A stretch of 64,000 nt of DNA, taken from Mesotaenium endlicherianum (Eukaryota). The notes beneath the pieces are model-generated. The model did no database searches and had not been told where the DNA came from. It saw nothing but the letters and a program-made list of their open reading frames with translations. Shown piece by piece: positions 39,957 to 50,514 of the stretch. Position 1 is the stretch's first letter. The number at the start of each line of letters is the position of its first letter. The stretch lies in NCBI GenBank assembly GCA_009602735.1, contig WELA01003305.1, positions 728,233-792,232 of the forward strand, in the 5' to 3' direction. Made by a program: the position numbers and the translations under genes.

Positions 39957-42482
39957 ACGCTGAAGGTTCTAATTGCTTGCAGGCAAAGAGAGATCTTTTA
40001 GAAGTAAGGGAAGTGTACTCTCCAGAGTGAGCACCTCTATACTGTAATCTGGTAGGAAAACAACTAATGAAGTATGGCCCAAAAGATCATTGGAAGCACA
40101 TCATGATCTTCAGAGTAGTCCTATGGCAAGGGTTTAAGCTGTGACTTTGCACACCACTTGTGAAGTTCTTCAAGTGACTGGAAGCCTGGAGGGCTTGCTG
40201 TTCACAAGAGAGTAACTAAGTGGTCCTGAAAACACAAGAGATAAAAGTGTGTGCTTTACTGATAATCTCTGTTACTTACACCTGGCATAATGGACTTCTA
40301 AAAGATGTCTCTTCTAGGGACATCTCTAGTACTTATACTCTTGGAAATCCGGCGGGGTATGCGGCGGATCCAATGCATGTAGTCACTCTAGGAGGCTCTC
40401 CTATGTCCACTAATGTGTACAAGGCATGTACTAGCACTCCTATAGGCTAAGCATAACTCAAACCAATCAAAGCAAGGTGCGTAGGATATGCTACGTGTCC
40501 CTCATTGGCCGAGCTTACCTTGGGTGATTCTACCTAGATAGCGCCTCAAAAGTGGATCTGGAAATTGAGGAAGCTTCCTCTAGGAGTAGGTGATGCAGTC
40601 ACCAAGTATTAGCCTCAATGATGCACATATACTATGGAAATGCAAAGCTTATGTAGGCTAAGGGGCTCGCGGATTTGTGCGCACAAAGCATGGGGTCACG
40701 AAGAGCCAACAATGTCACCTTTGGGGACATTGAGTCACAAAGTGGGCCTTGGGAAAGTTCCGCTAGGGACCGGTAGGTGACGCGGACTAGATTGCCCCTA
40801 TCTCGCTCGATACTTGATCGAATGACGCGAAATTGGTGTCATTCGGAAGATGCTTCGACGCTCTACACGTTGGTGACTTGGAAGTCTAGAAAAGGTCAAC
40901 ATACGGATGCGTAACGTCAATGTAAAGTCGGCCTTCCTAGGTTGATGTTCCGCACATGTGGAGCTTGGTTTTTATACGACAACCTCGACTCAATAAATCA
41001 TGACAGTGGCCAAAACTTTGATAACCTGAAGGAAGCATTGCTGGCAGCCCAGGAGATCAACAAGGTGGAACAGACAACACTGCTACAGAGGGAAGGAGCT
41101 GCAGCACTGGATAGGTACATTGAGACACACACTGGTGTGGTCCTTCACGAAGATTATGCCAAGATGGTGGGCTATACAGCAGAGCAGGCCCGGTACCTTG
41201 CAGATGATTCAGAGGACAAGCCGGTCCCAATATCGGGAACAGTGGGAGATCAGAGACTCATCAGGATGGTGAGCATGCGGCCCGATAGCTTTAAGGATAC
41301 GATATTCTACCTCACACTACTGCCAGCTTACAATGAAGTTGAGAGAAGGAGCTGGGAGTACTTGGCCAGGGAGGCAGGACAGCAGATGTTCTCTCCCCAC
41401 TGGTTCCCATGTAAACTGAGAAAGGTTGAGCATGGACCCCAGTACTACCAGCAGCCAACAGACTGGAGGTGGATGACCGTCACAAACAAAAAGCAAGAGT
41501 GTGACCGAGCCAAACCAGACGATTTCCACTATGGCCTAGACGGCTACCTCATCCTACAACCTCACATTGCCCCTTGGGACCCCAGGCTGAACGGCTTCCT
41601 GAGCAATGTGAATGCAGAGACCAAAGAGCACAGGAGGAGGGGGAGGGACTACTTCTTTAAGGGAAAGTATGCCTTCGTCAAATGGGCAAAGAATGCAAGT
41701 CGGATAGATATCAGCAGGCTGAAGGCCAAGCAACCCCCAGCGCGCCCTAAGAAAGGGAGATCAATAAACTACTCCATGTCTACCAGAGAGCAGGACGACT
41801 TAGTTGACAAGACTCCTACTCTCTCAGAGGAGGAGGATGAGGGGGATGAGGAAGATGAACAAGGCAGAGGAGAAGCATCAAGAGTTGGTACTCAGGAGAT
41901 CCAGGGGCAGGCAGGAGCACTTCCTAAGGAACCAAGATCAGGTATATGGAACGTGATCCCCGTCATGGAGGCAACGGGACCCCGCACTCGCTCCCCCAGC
42001 CCACCTGCCCAAGCAGGGGAAGAAGCTGATCTGACTGTACTTGGCAGCAGACACAGGCAGAAATCCCCAGAGGACAAGGGTTCCAGAAGAGGACCACGCA
42101 GGGTGGCCAGAGGTATGCCGGCTTCCCCCTTCGCTCAGGGACATGTACCTCTTGCCAATGTATTTCAGCATCCTACTGGAATGCCCATCTATGTGGGGAT
42201 CAACACCCAAGTGGGTGAAGAGCAGGTTACCATCCTTCGTTCTCCTCGAGGTCCAACTTTAGAACAAACGAGGTTCTTTAGACGGCCAGCTGACAGACCT
42301 AGAGGGCTGTCTAGATCTAGGTCCAGATCTCCGTCTCCTGATCCTGAAGCCCCAGGAACAACCCCCTAAGATAGCAGGCTGAAAAAGCAGTCAGTATGGG
42401 AGACTGGTCAGGTTCAGGTCCCTTAATTAAAACTTTTGCAGTTTAATGTTGTCGAGGCGACAACAAGTTAAGTTGGAGGGAT

Positions 42483-43205
42483 TGTAATGAATCAGTACAT
42501 TAGTAAATATAATATTCATTTAAATAAATAGTTATGTATGTTCAACCTACTGAACTCTAGTTGATAATCAGTCTGCTGGACTTTATATTTAATGTCAATT
42601 TAAGGACTCAGTCGGAAGCAGCAGGCTGAAGTCCACTTAAGTCAGCTTGCTGACACATTCTTTGACAGCCAGCTGACTTCCGTACTCGGTAGCAGCGAAC
42701 TGCCTCGATATGCATCTAGGTATGATATGCTAGATGAATGGCCAGATGACATCCCTATGATGGATGGCTATTCGGGATGATGGGAGATGGCGGTGGATTT
42801 GGTTAACCGAAGTCCTACCAACGTGGTTAACTCCCGGGTAGGCGATGCCATCGCACTGGCCGTTGAACAGTAAACTCATTTAATGTACATATGCTAGGCA
42901 TTGCTCTCGAGTTCGGCATTCGGAAACGAGGCCAACTCTCTTGTACAGCTTACTGAGAGAGAGATCTGAATCCAAGGCGAGAAGCCATTGATACGCACTG
43001 TCTTCTAACCTTGCTTATGTATGAGTTTACTGATTGCATTATTGATGCTAGTTTACTTGCATTTGACTTACGAGTATAGTTCACTGCTAGTGTGTTGTCC
43101 CTTTACCGTTTAACCAGTTAACGGAAAATACGATAAAGATTACTTGCTGATATAAAGATCTTTATTAATTGTAATCGCCTATTTGGTAAGTCGATTCATT
43201 TCACA
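42483..43205 (+). repeat. 3' LTR of element D
   Basis: TGTAATGAATC..GATTCATTTCACA imperfect terminal inverted repeat, preceded by a PPT. Element B integrase resumes immediately after. No second copy lies in the window. Confidence 0.75.
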
Positions 43206-44422
43206 AGCGTACCAGCAATCTTTTGCAAACCGAGTATTGGTGGGAGGGTCTGGTCCAACAAGTCATTGCTTTTGTTCGGACGTGCGAGTCATGTGATTGA
43301 TTTAAGAACATCTTCAACGATCTTCCGTCTGTGCTCAACCCTCTTCCCTTGCGTGGTCTGTTCTATAGATGGTCGCTTGATCTTGCCGGCCCCCTGCCCG
43401 TCTCTAAGCGTGGTATGCATTACGTCTTCGTCATGATTGAGCACCTCACTAAGTGGATAGAACTGGTCAGCATCCCCGATAAGTCTAGCGCGTACATTGC
43501 TCGGTTCTTCACTGAGCGAGTTCTGTGTTGCTATGGCGCTTATGCTGAGGTCCTTACTGATTGTGGTTCAGAGTTCCAAGGAGAGTTGAGTGAGCTGCTG
43601 GATCAATCTTTCATAGACTGCCGTACGACTTCCCGCGACCACCCTCAGGCCGATGGACTTGCTGAGCGGATTGTCCAAATTGTTAAACGTAGCTTACGTA
43701 AGTATGCTCTCACTCACGATGTGTCCAAATGGGACGTTCACATTCCATGGTTGGCTATGGGATACAATTTTAGTAACCAGGCCTCTTTGCGCTCCTACTC
43801 TCCTTACTTCCTTCTCTACAGTCGTGAGCCCCTCTTGCCAGCTGCTATCCGTCGTCGCGTCACTGTCCCTTTGAGTCTTGCGGATCCCGATGTGCTTCTC
43901 TCTCATTTGAATGAACGTGCTTCTCTCTTTCTTGAGCACATGCCTATTGCCATGGGTAATTTGCTAACCGCTCAGCACCGTGATACCCTTCGTTATGCTC
44001 GCTTGCGGAGTGGGATCTATAAACCCCGTCTCGTTAAGTTTGAGGTCGGTGATTACGTCTACTTACAGCGAGAGATGCAAGACACATTAGACGTCTGTGT
44101 TGGTCCTCTTATCCTACTAGTTCACAACGTTAGTCCTAATGGCGTCCTCACTCTTATAGGTTCTGACGGTCGTACTATACGTGAGAACATGAACAGCTGT
44201 GCACCTTGTCACCTACCTAATATTCGTAACGAAGTCAACTCTTTACAGGCAACTGCACCTGCCAACCATCCTTGTCGTGGGTGTGGGTCTTCCCGCCGTC
44301 TTGCATCTAAGCTGTTGTGCAATGCTTGCAACTCCGGCTGGCATCTTGCTTGCCTCACTCCTCGTCTAACTCGCGTTCCTGCCGGAGGCTGGTTCTATTT
44401 TTCGTGCAGACCGCCTCCTTAG
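43206..44422 (+). pseudogene. Integrase of element B with a C-terminal PHD finger
   Basis: HHCC remnant YWWEGL..FVRTCESCD; core WSLDLAGPLP..VLTDCGSEF..HPQADGLAERIVQ (D,D,E); FEVGDYVYL; PHD-like CRGC..LLCNACNSGWHLACLTPRLTRVPAGGWFYFSC (one Cys replaced by Tyr). Confidence 0.9.
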
Positions 44423-44870
44423 CGTAGGACCCTCTCATTGCGTTTTCTTTCCTTTCTCGTCGCTCCGCGCTATTTGTTTATACGCTGGCTCCCTTGCTGT
44501 TGCAGGTCCCCCTCCCCTTTCGTAGTGGGAACAGTCCCTGCTCGCCAATTCACGGAGTCTCCCACCCCCGACGCTAACGGCTTCTATCGCCGATATCCTG
44601 CGCGGGAGTTTCCCGGCGGACACGCGCATCCCCACCTAGTGGCCCGCTGCTAGCGGTCGCCAGTCGGCGATGTCGTCCCGTCTCTTCACCGTCACCAATT
44701 CCTACCCAGTTTTGATTTGTCACGTGTACCACCTGGAGTATGTTTACTCAGGGTTTTATTTCCTTGGGTCGCCCGAGGCTGTTCTCTCCTTTATCGTCCC
44801 CGACGATCGCATTTTAGAGCCTCCACGTTCAGCTGCGCTCTTGCCCCCACGTCCTCAGCTGGGGAGGGGG

Positions 44871-46246
44871 TTTCATAGCTCACTTTTTCCTTAGTTCTTT
44901 GCGGACTTAGCTGCCCCAGTAGTGCCCACTAATGCCCAGACTTCTAGTGTTGTTTTTCCTATTCACAGCTCATAAGCTGTGGGCTTTTTCTTCCACTAGG
45001 GGAGGTTTTTACCCACCAGCACGTAGGTTAGTTAGCTCTTGCATACCCCAGGGGTATGGTCCCTTGGAGGTTTCGTCCTTCCCTGCTCTGCCAATGTCTA
45101 GTGTCCTCCGACAGTCTCAATCACGAGAGCTGTCATGCTTGGTGCCGTCGAGTCTCTTGCGTGTCTGGTCCCGTTGATCTGGGGTGGTGGGTGTTGACAA
45201 GCTAGTGATTAGTTGGATTAGGGTGGTAGGTGAGGATGACTTAGTACACAAACGACTGCAGCAAACACTTAGACCTATGATCCGCTCACAAGGTTCTGCT
45301 GTTGAGCAGCTGTGAGGTTCCACCCGGATCCCGTGCATTTCCCTCATGCTTCACATGTGGTCCGACCGCACACACGTGTGAAAATCGACCCACGAGTTCC
45401 CTCGCTCGTTGGGTCGGCGCTGGTACCAAGTGGGAGCTATAGTTGCCCGTGGCCTAAGTCATCATGTACAATAGGCAGCCCCTCTAGATATACCCACGAG
45501 ATTGCTAGGAATTGGCAAGAGTATGGGCATGCACATGGGGTTGTGGTGTCGTCTCGTCGTACTACGTCGTCCTTTTTTAATTAGCTCTTTTTATTTATTA
45601 GTTCTAGTGTTTTTGATCTTGTTGGTGTGACGCGATAATGCGTCACCCAAGTAGGTACCGACACGATTGAGTTTCACATTTGGCACTGGGCTAGAGGTTT
45701 GTGGGTATGCTATTTAGGCCGCGAGCTAACACTCATAGAGTATTAGCATTTGTATATCGCTTGATGCTTCTACACCATTTTTATCTCTTGCTCTTGTCTA
45801 CGCTTCTCCATCGCAGTTTTTCTTGTTTTTTACCTCACACATTGTAGTAAGGTACTTCATACTTTATACACGCTACGGATCAGCTAGCATAGAGTCTCGT
45901 GGAGCTGAAGCCCGCCATAACATCGCTAGCCTAGTCAATAGACACTTCTCAGTACTCGCTTGTCCACGCATCGTAGTCCACCCAAACTCTTAGTTCTTTA
46001 CAGATGTCATAGCTCACTTTTTCCTTAGTTCTTTGCGGACTTAACTGCCCACTGGTGCCCGGACTTCTAGTGTTATTTTTCCTATTCACAGCTCATAAGC
46101 TGTAGGCTTTTCCTTCCACTAGGGCAGGGTTTTACCCACCAGCACGTAGGTTAGTCATGCATACCCCAGGGGTATGGTCCCTTGGGGATCCCATCCTTCC
46201 TTGCCCTGCCGATGTCTAGTGTCCTCCAACACTCTCAGTTGCGACA
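44871..46246 (+). repeat. Composite right end of element B: B1 (44871-45128), GC, A2 (45131-46002), GA, B2 (46005-46246)
   Basis: B1 and B2 align by eye (T[T/G]TCATAGCTCACTTTTTCCTTAG..GTGTCCTCC..CGA[G/C]A). A2 aligns with 18530-19393. Confidence 0.9.
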
Positions 46247-46250
46247 ACAC

Positions 46251-49200
46251 GTTGTTACCCACTCAGTAATTTCTCTTCTAGACCTGTTTGCTACTCTTGC
46301 TTGAGCATCTTGTGCGTGTTGTAAAGCTTTCGTGGCTGCTGCAAGGGCTTGTTCTAATATCTCCAAAAAAAATTGCTGCTGAGGGTACTTCATCATGGCC
46401 AGCCGTGAAGCTCAGTGGCGTGGTTGGATAGAAGCCATAATTGAGGAAGAATGGGGACTCTTGGGTAGACACCAACGTCGTGTTGTTGTAGGCAAACTCC
46501 AAGGGGGTCGAGTACATTTCCCAATCTTGCTCCAAAGTAGACATGTAGACCTTTAGAGAGGTCTTTAGGGTACGATTCACACGCTTTGTTTGTCCATCTG
46601 ATTGCGGGTGGTAGGCACTGGACATATTCAACAATGTACCCAAGTTCTTCAAGAGATTTTTCCAGAAACGGCTTGTGAATCTTGGATCTCTATCCGACAC
46701 AATTCTTGATGGTAGTCCATGGAGTCGGAAGATGTTGTCAATGATGAGTTTTGCTAACTGGGGTGCTGTAACCTTGGTCGTTGTTGGGATGAAATGAGCT
46801 ATATTGGTAAGTCTGTCCACCACCATTAGTATCGCATTATGGCCTCGAGGGGTCACGGGCAGGTCTACGATAAGGTCCATTGAGATGTCCGTCCTTGCCT
46901 CTCAGGGATTGGTAATGGTTGAAGGAGTCCTCCCGCCTTTTGTGATGACGGCTTGACTCTTTGGCATGTGTCACAGCTCCTGCACTACTCCTTGACTTGC
47001 TAAGACATGCATGGCTAGCAATAAGTCCTGGCTAAAACGCCTGTGGTCTTTAGGATCCCAAAGTGTCCTCCAAGAGGGTTGTCATGTGCTTCTCGTAGAA
47101 GCAAGAGCCGGAGGTCTAAGTCATTAAGAACACATTTTTGACCCGTGTCTTGCCTCACTCAATAATTGCCTTCTTGCTTCTTGTATGGGTGTGAAGCTGC
47201 TTCTCCGTCCTTGTAGTAAGGGTCTCTTTCATAGGCGGCTGAAAATTTTGCCTCCAAATCCGTGTGCAAGGTTGTCGTAACCGAGTTTACTTATAGTTTT
47301 GAAAGGGGGTCAGCTGGATTTGTCTTCCCGAGTTGGATCTCAATTTTGTATTGTTGCAGGTTTCCACTATATCTTGCTTGTCACCTCGGAGATACGGCTG
47401 AGTCTGGAGGTGCTTCACTGCCTCGTGATCCGTAGTGACCAGCACCTTGCGTCCTTCAACGTAGCAGCGCCAAACCTTCTAGGCATGTAGAATCGCCAAC
47501 GCCTCTCGCTCTGTGGTTGTATAATTTTGCTCGGCTGGATTTAGCTTCCTTGACTCATGGGCAATGGAGTGCAGTCCCTTGCCTTGATCTTGAAGCAGAA
47601 TTGCTCCTAATGCATAGGAAGATGCATCGGTGATGACGTGGAAGGGCCAATCTGAGTTTGGACTTGGGAGTGTGAGCACCGGGGTTGTCGTCAATCTTTG
47701 CTTCAGTTGTTGGAATGCTTCCTCCTATTTCTTGGTCCAAACATATGGCTTGTCTTTCTTGAGTAAATCCGTGAGGAGGGCTGCTATGTGCGAGAAGCTC
47801 TGGATGAATCTCCTGTACCAATTGGCAAATCCCAAGAATGATTGAAGGTCTTTCTTGGTAGTGGGGGTTGGCCATTCCTCCACCACCGTGGTCTTCTTCG
47901 GGTCCATCTTGATGCCATCAGCAGTCACGTGGAGACCTAGGAACTCAACTTCTTGTTTAGCAAACTCGCACTTTGACTCCTTTGCAAATAGCTTGTTTGG
48001 TTTCAATACTTCGAGAACTTCTTCCAAGTGTCTTGCATGCTCGTCAAGGGTCTTGCTATAGAGAAGGATGTTGTCGATGAATACCACCACAAATATGTCC
48101 AGCATGGGCTGAAATATGGTGTTCATCATAGTCTTGAAAGTTGATGGCGCGTTGGTGAGTCCAAATGGCAGGACCATGAACCCAAAATGTCCATATATTG
48201 TCCTGAACGCCGTCTTTTCTATGTCGGGTTCAGCGAGGCGAATCTGGTGGTAGCCGCTTCTCAAGTCCACCTTTGTGAAGTACTTGGCTCCAACCAACCG
48301 GTCCATGAGCTCATCCATGCGCGGCAGCGGGTATCGATTCTTGATGGTGATCTTGTTGAGGGCGCGATAGTCCACACACATCCTCAAGGTACCATCCTTC
48401 TTCTTGACAAATAGCACCGAGGCTCCGAATGGCGACTTGCTAGGTTGAATGAAGCCATGCTCCAGCAGTTCCTTGATTTGCTTCTTGACTTTGTCTAGCT
48501 TCGTGTATGACATCTTGAACGTAGGCCGAGAGGTGGGCTTGCTTCCGGGCTCCAACTCTATCTTGTGGTCTACGAATCTCTTGGGGGGATGGCCCTTGGG
48601 CAATTCCAGGGAGAACACTTCTATGTAGTCCTCCAAGACTTCTTGTATCTCCTTGGGAACGGGATTGCCTTCTTGACTCTCGATGTCTTTTGGCGTGATC
48701 AAGGTCAAAAGAAGCTAGTGTTTCTTCCTCACAAGTCTCTTGAGTTGGAGGGTGGACAATAGTATGTCGTGTGCCGGCTTCTTGATGTCTTTGGTCTGGA
48801 TATTCTTGATTGCGTGCAAAATACAGATTCTTGAAGTAATGTTGTTCTTGATCTTGATGGTACCGTCCCTCCAATCAACTTGGGGGTTGTGCTTGGTCAA
48901 CCAAGGCGTCCCTAGGATGACGTCGTACTTGCCCAATTACATGGGGGAGAACACTACTCTATCCTTGAAGGACTTGATGGAGAGTGACAAGGGGTACGTC
49001 TTCTTGAAAGGGGTAGTATAGGAGAATCCGTCGGGCATCATAATCTCCTTGTCGTGGTCAAGAGTTCACATAGTAATGCCGTGCTTGGTGGCGAAATCTG
49101 CAGCGATGAAGTTGCCTTGAACTCCGCTATCCACCAAGATGTGGACCTTCTCTCCTCCAAGGTAACCTCTCAAACTCATTAGGGCTGGAACGTCGTCTTC

Positions 49201-50245
49201 AACGGGGGTCTCCATCTCACTTGGCTTGTTGTCTTCTTGCGAAGTGGATCTTGGGGTGATAGGCTCCTGGCCTATCGGCGTTGACCGTTTTTTGACAACT
49301 TTTTGGGGCATAAGAGTGCACAATGGCCATTCTCCTTACAATAAAAGCATAGTCCAACCGTCATGAGAGCTTCTTTTTCAGCCGGGAAGAGTCTTGCTTT
49401 CACTCCTTGCTGGTTTCTTGCATCATAAGTGTCATTGGAGGGTCTTCCACTCTTTCGGGTTGATGCGGGGTGTCTTCTATTAACTCCAATATCCATGGGT
49501 GTGGGTGCAGATTCGGATGTGGAAGGGGCTGCGTACACCCGCGTCATCGGTGTTCGTGAAGATGAAGGCAATGAATGCTTGAAATCGAAGGTATCCACCT
49601 TTTGGGCCCTTCAATGATCTTTGAGAAGTTTGTCAAGTTGCGTAATTCCATTTCCATTGCCACCTTGGGCTTCAGGCCAAAGATGTAGCGATCAGTCTTC
49701 TCCTCGAGAGACATGTTGATGATCTCAAGAGTAAGGGCATGAAACCTGGATGTATACTCTTGAACGGACGTCGTTTGCTTGAGGTGGTGGAGCTTTCCTC
49801 GAACAATCTTCTCCGCATTGATGGACATGAATTGCTTCTTGAGGGCCTCACGGAAATCTGCCCATCTTGCATATGATGGTGGGGGCTCTTGGCCGGGTAC
49901 GGGGTGCGCCATAGCTTGATGTACAGCCGCTTGATAATTACGCCACCATGATGTTGCTGCTCCTCTAAGTAAGGTAACGGCAAAGGGAATGTAGTCCTCC
50001 TCGGGTACTCCAAGGAATGCGAGGTACGTCTCCACTTGGTAGAGCCATAAGTTCAAGTTGGCTCCTTTCTCGGGGATGAAAGTGTCGAGTTTGCCGGGCT
50101 TGATGAGTTTCCTTGCTCGCGTAGGCTCTTGTGGAGGCGCTTGAGCCGGGGCTGGATTTGGAGCTTTGCTTGCATTAGGGGCAGCCATGGCAGCCATAGC
50201 TTCTCTTGACGCTTGCACGGTTGCTTCATAGGTGGCCAAGCCCAC
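46251..50245 (-). pseudogene. gag-pol of element A, frameshifted
   Basis: gag 50245-49544; knuckle CFYCKENGHCALLC in 49598-49272; protease ILVDSGVQGNFI and YDVILGTPWL; RT 48708-47725 (VFIDNILL); RNase H VITDASSYALGAILLQ; integrase 46880-46278 (IVSDRDPRFTS, YHPQSDGQT). Confidence 0.92.
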
Positions 50246-50500
50246 TTGGTTGTGGACGGTTAATTAGAAAGGCTGCCCACTCGTTTGCAAGAACTCCCTG
50301 TGGTGGGGTCAACTTTGCCACAGCGGCTGCCACGGGATCTGATGGTGCTCCTCTTTGTGGTGCTCCTTATTGTGGCAGATTTTCTCGAGTGGGCACTCCC
50401 ATGGGCGTTGGAGGAGGGTCTCTTAGAGATGAAGTGCTTCCTTCAAAAGCTTGCTGTTGGTCTTGAGGGTCGGCCATCTTCTTGTGCTACCAAAGTGCCT

Positions 50501-50513
50501 AGCTCCGATACCA
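50501..50513 (-). promoter_or_regulatory. Primer-binding site of element A (tRNA-iMet type)
   Basis: TGGTATCGGAGCT on the minus strand, 1 nt from the LTR; one mismatch to the canonical TGGTATCAGAGC. Confidence 0.85.
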
Positions 50514-50514
50514 C

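Larger units (their letters stand above)
36863..41005 (-). mobile_element. Element E: internally deleted Gypsy-like retrotransposon (gag only) with layout A1-gag-[deletion]-A2 remnant-B
   Basis: On the minus strand it starts TGTCATG (41005) and ends CACGACA (36863). 4-bp TSD GTGG at 36859-36862 and 41006-41009, confirmed by the empty site in D1. A1 spans 41005-40043; its last 114 bp recur at 37012-37125 (and 38070-38183), followed by a 149-bp terminal segment at 37011-36863. Confidence 0.85.
36546..42369 (+). pseudogene. Extra ORF of element D (about 560 aa reconstructed, unknown function), split by element E
   Basis: 36546-36862 (MAPTTQKED..E/K/Q/R-rich coiled coil..YRYTVVGG) joins 41010-42369 (QNFDNLKEALL..) across TSD GTGG. 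Copy D1 shows the uninterrupted junction. One early stop in D2 is an Arg codon in D1. Confidence 0.75.
32646..43205 (+). mobile_element. Chromovirus element D, copy D2: 5'-truncated, RT-RH-INT-chromodomain, extra ORF, PPT and 3' LTR
   Basis: ORF fragments 32688-33377, 33391-33669, 34325-35077, 35090-35317, 35493-35732, 35819-36043; chromodomain at about 36000-36130; PPT AAGTTGGAGGGA before the LTR at 42483-43205. Interrupted by a family-A solo LTR and by element E. Confidence 0.9.
18530..46246 (+). mobile_element. Element B: Gypsy-like retrotransposon (gag; DDE integrase with PHD finger) with split direct repeats A1...B1-A2-B2, inserted in the integrase of element A
   Basis: Starts TGTCATG and ends TTGCGACA. 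4-bp TSD ACAC at 18526-18529 and 46247-46250; removing the insert restores host VGNNVLLSSKSI. Repeats: A1 18530-19393, B1 44871-45128, A2 45131-46002, B2 46005-46246. PPT GGGGAGGGGG at 44861-44870. PR/RT/RH were not found, apparently deleted. Confidence 0.85.
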
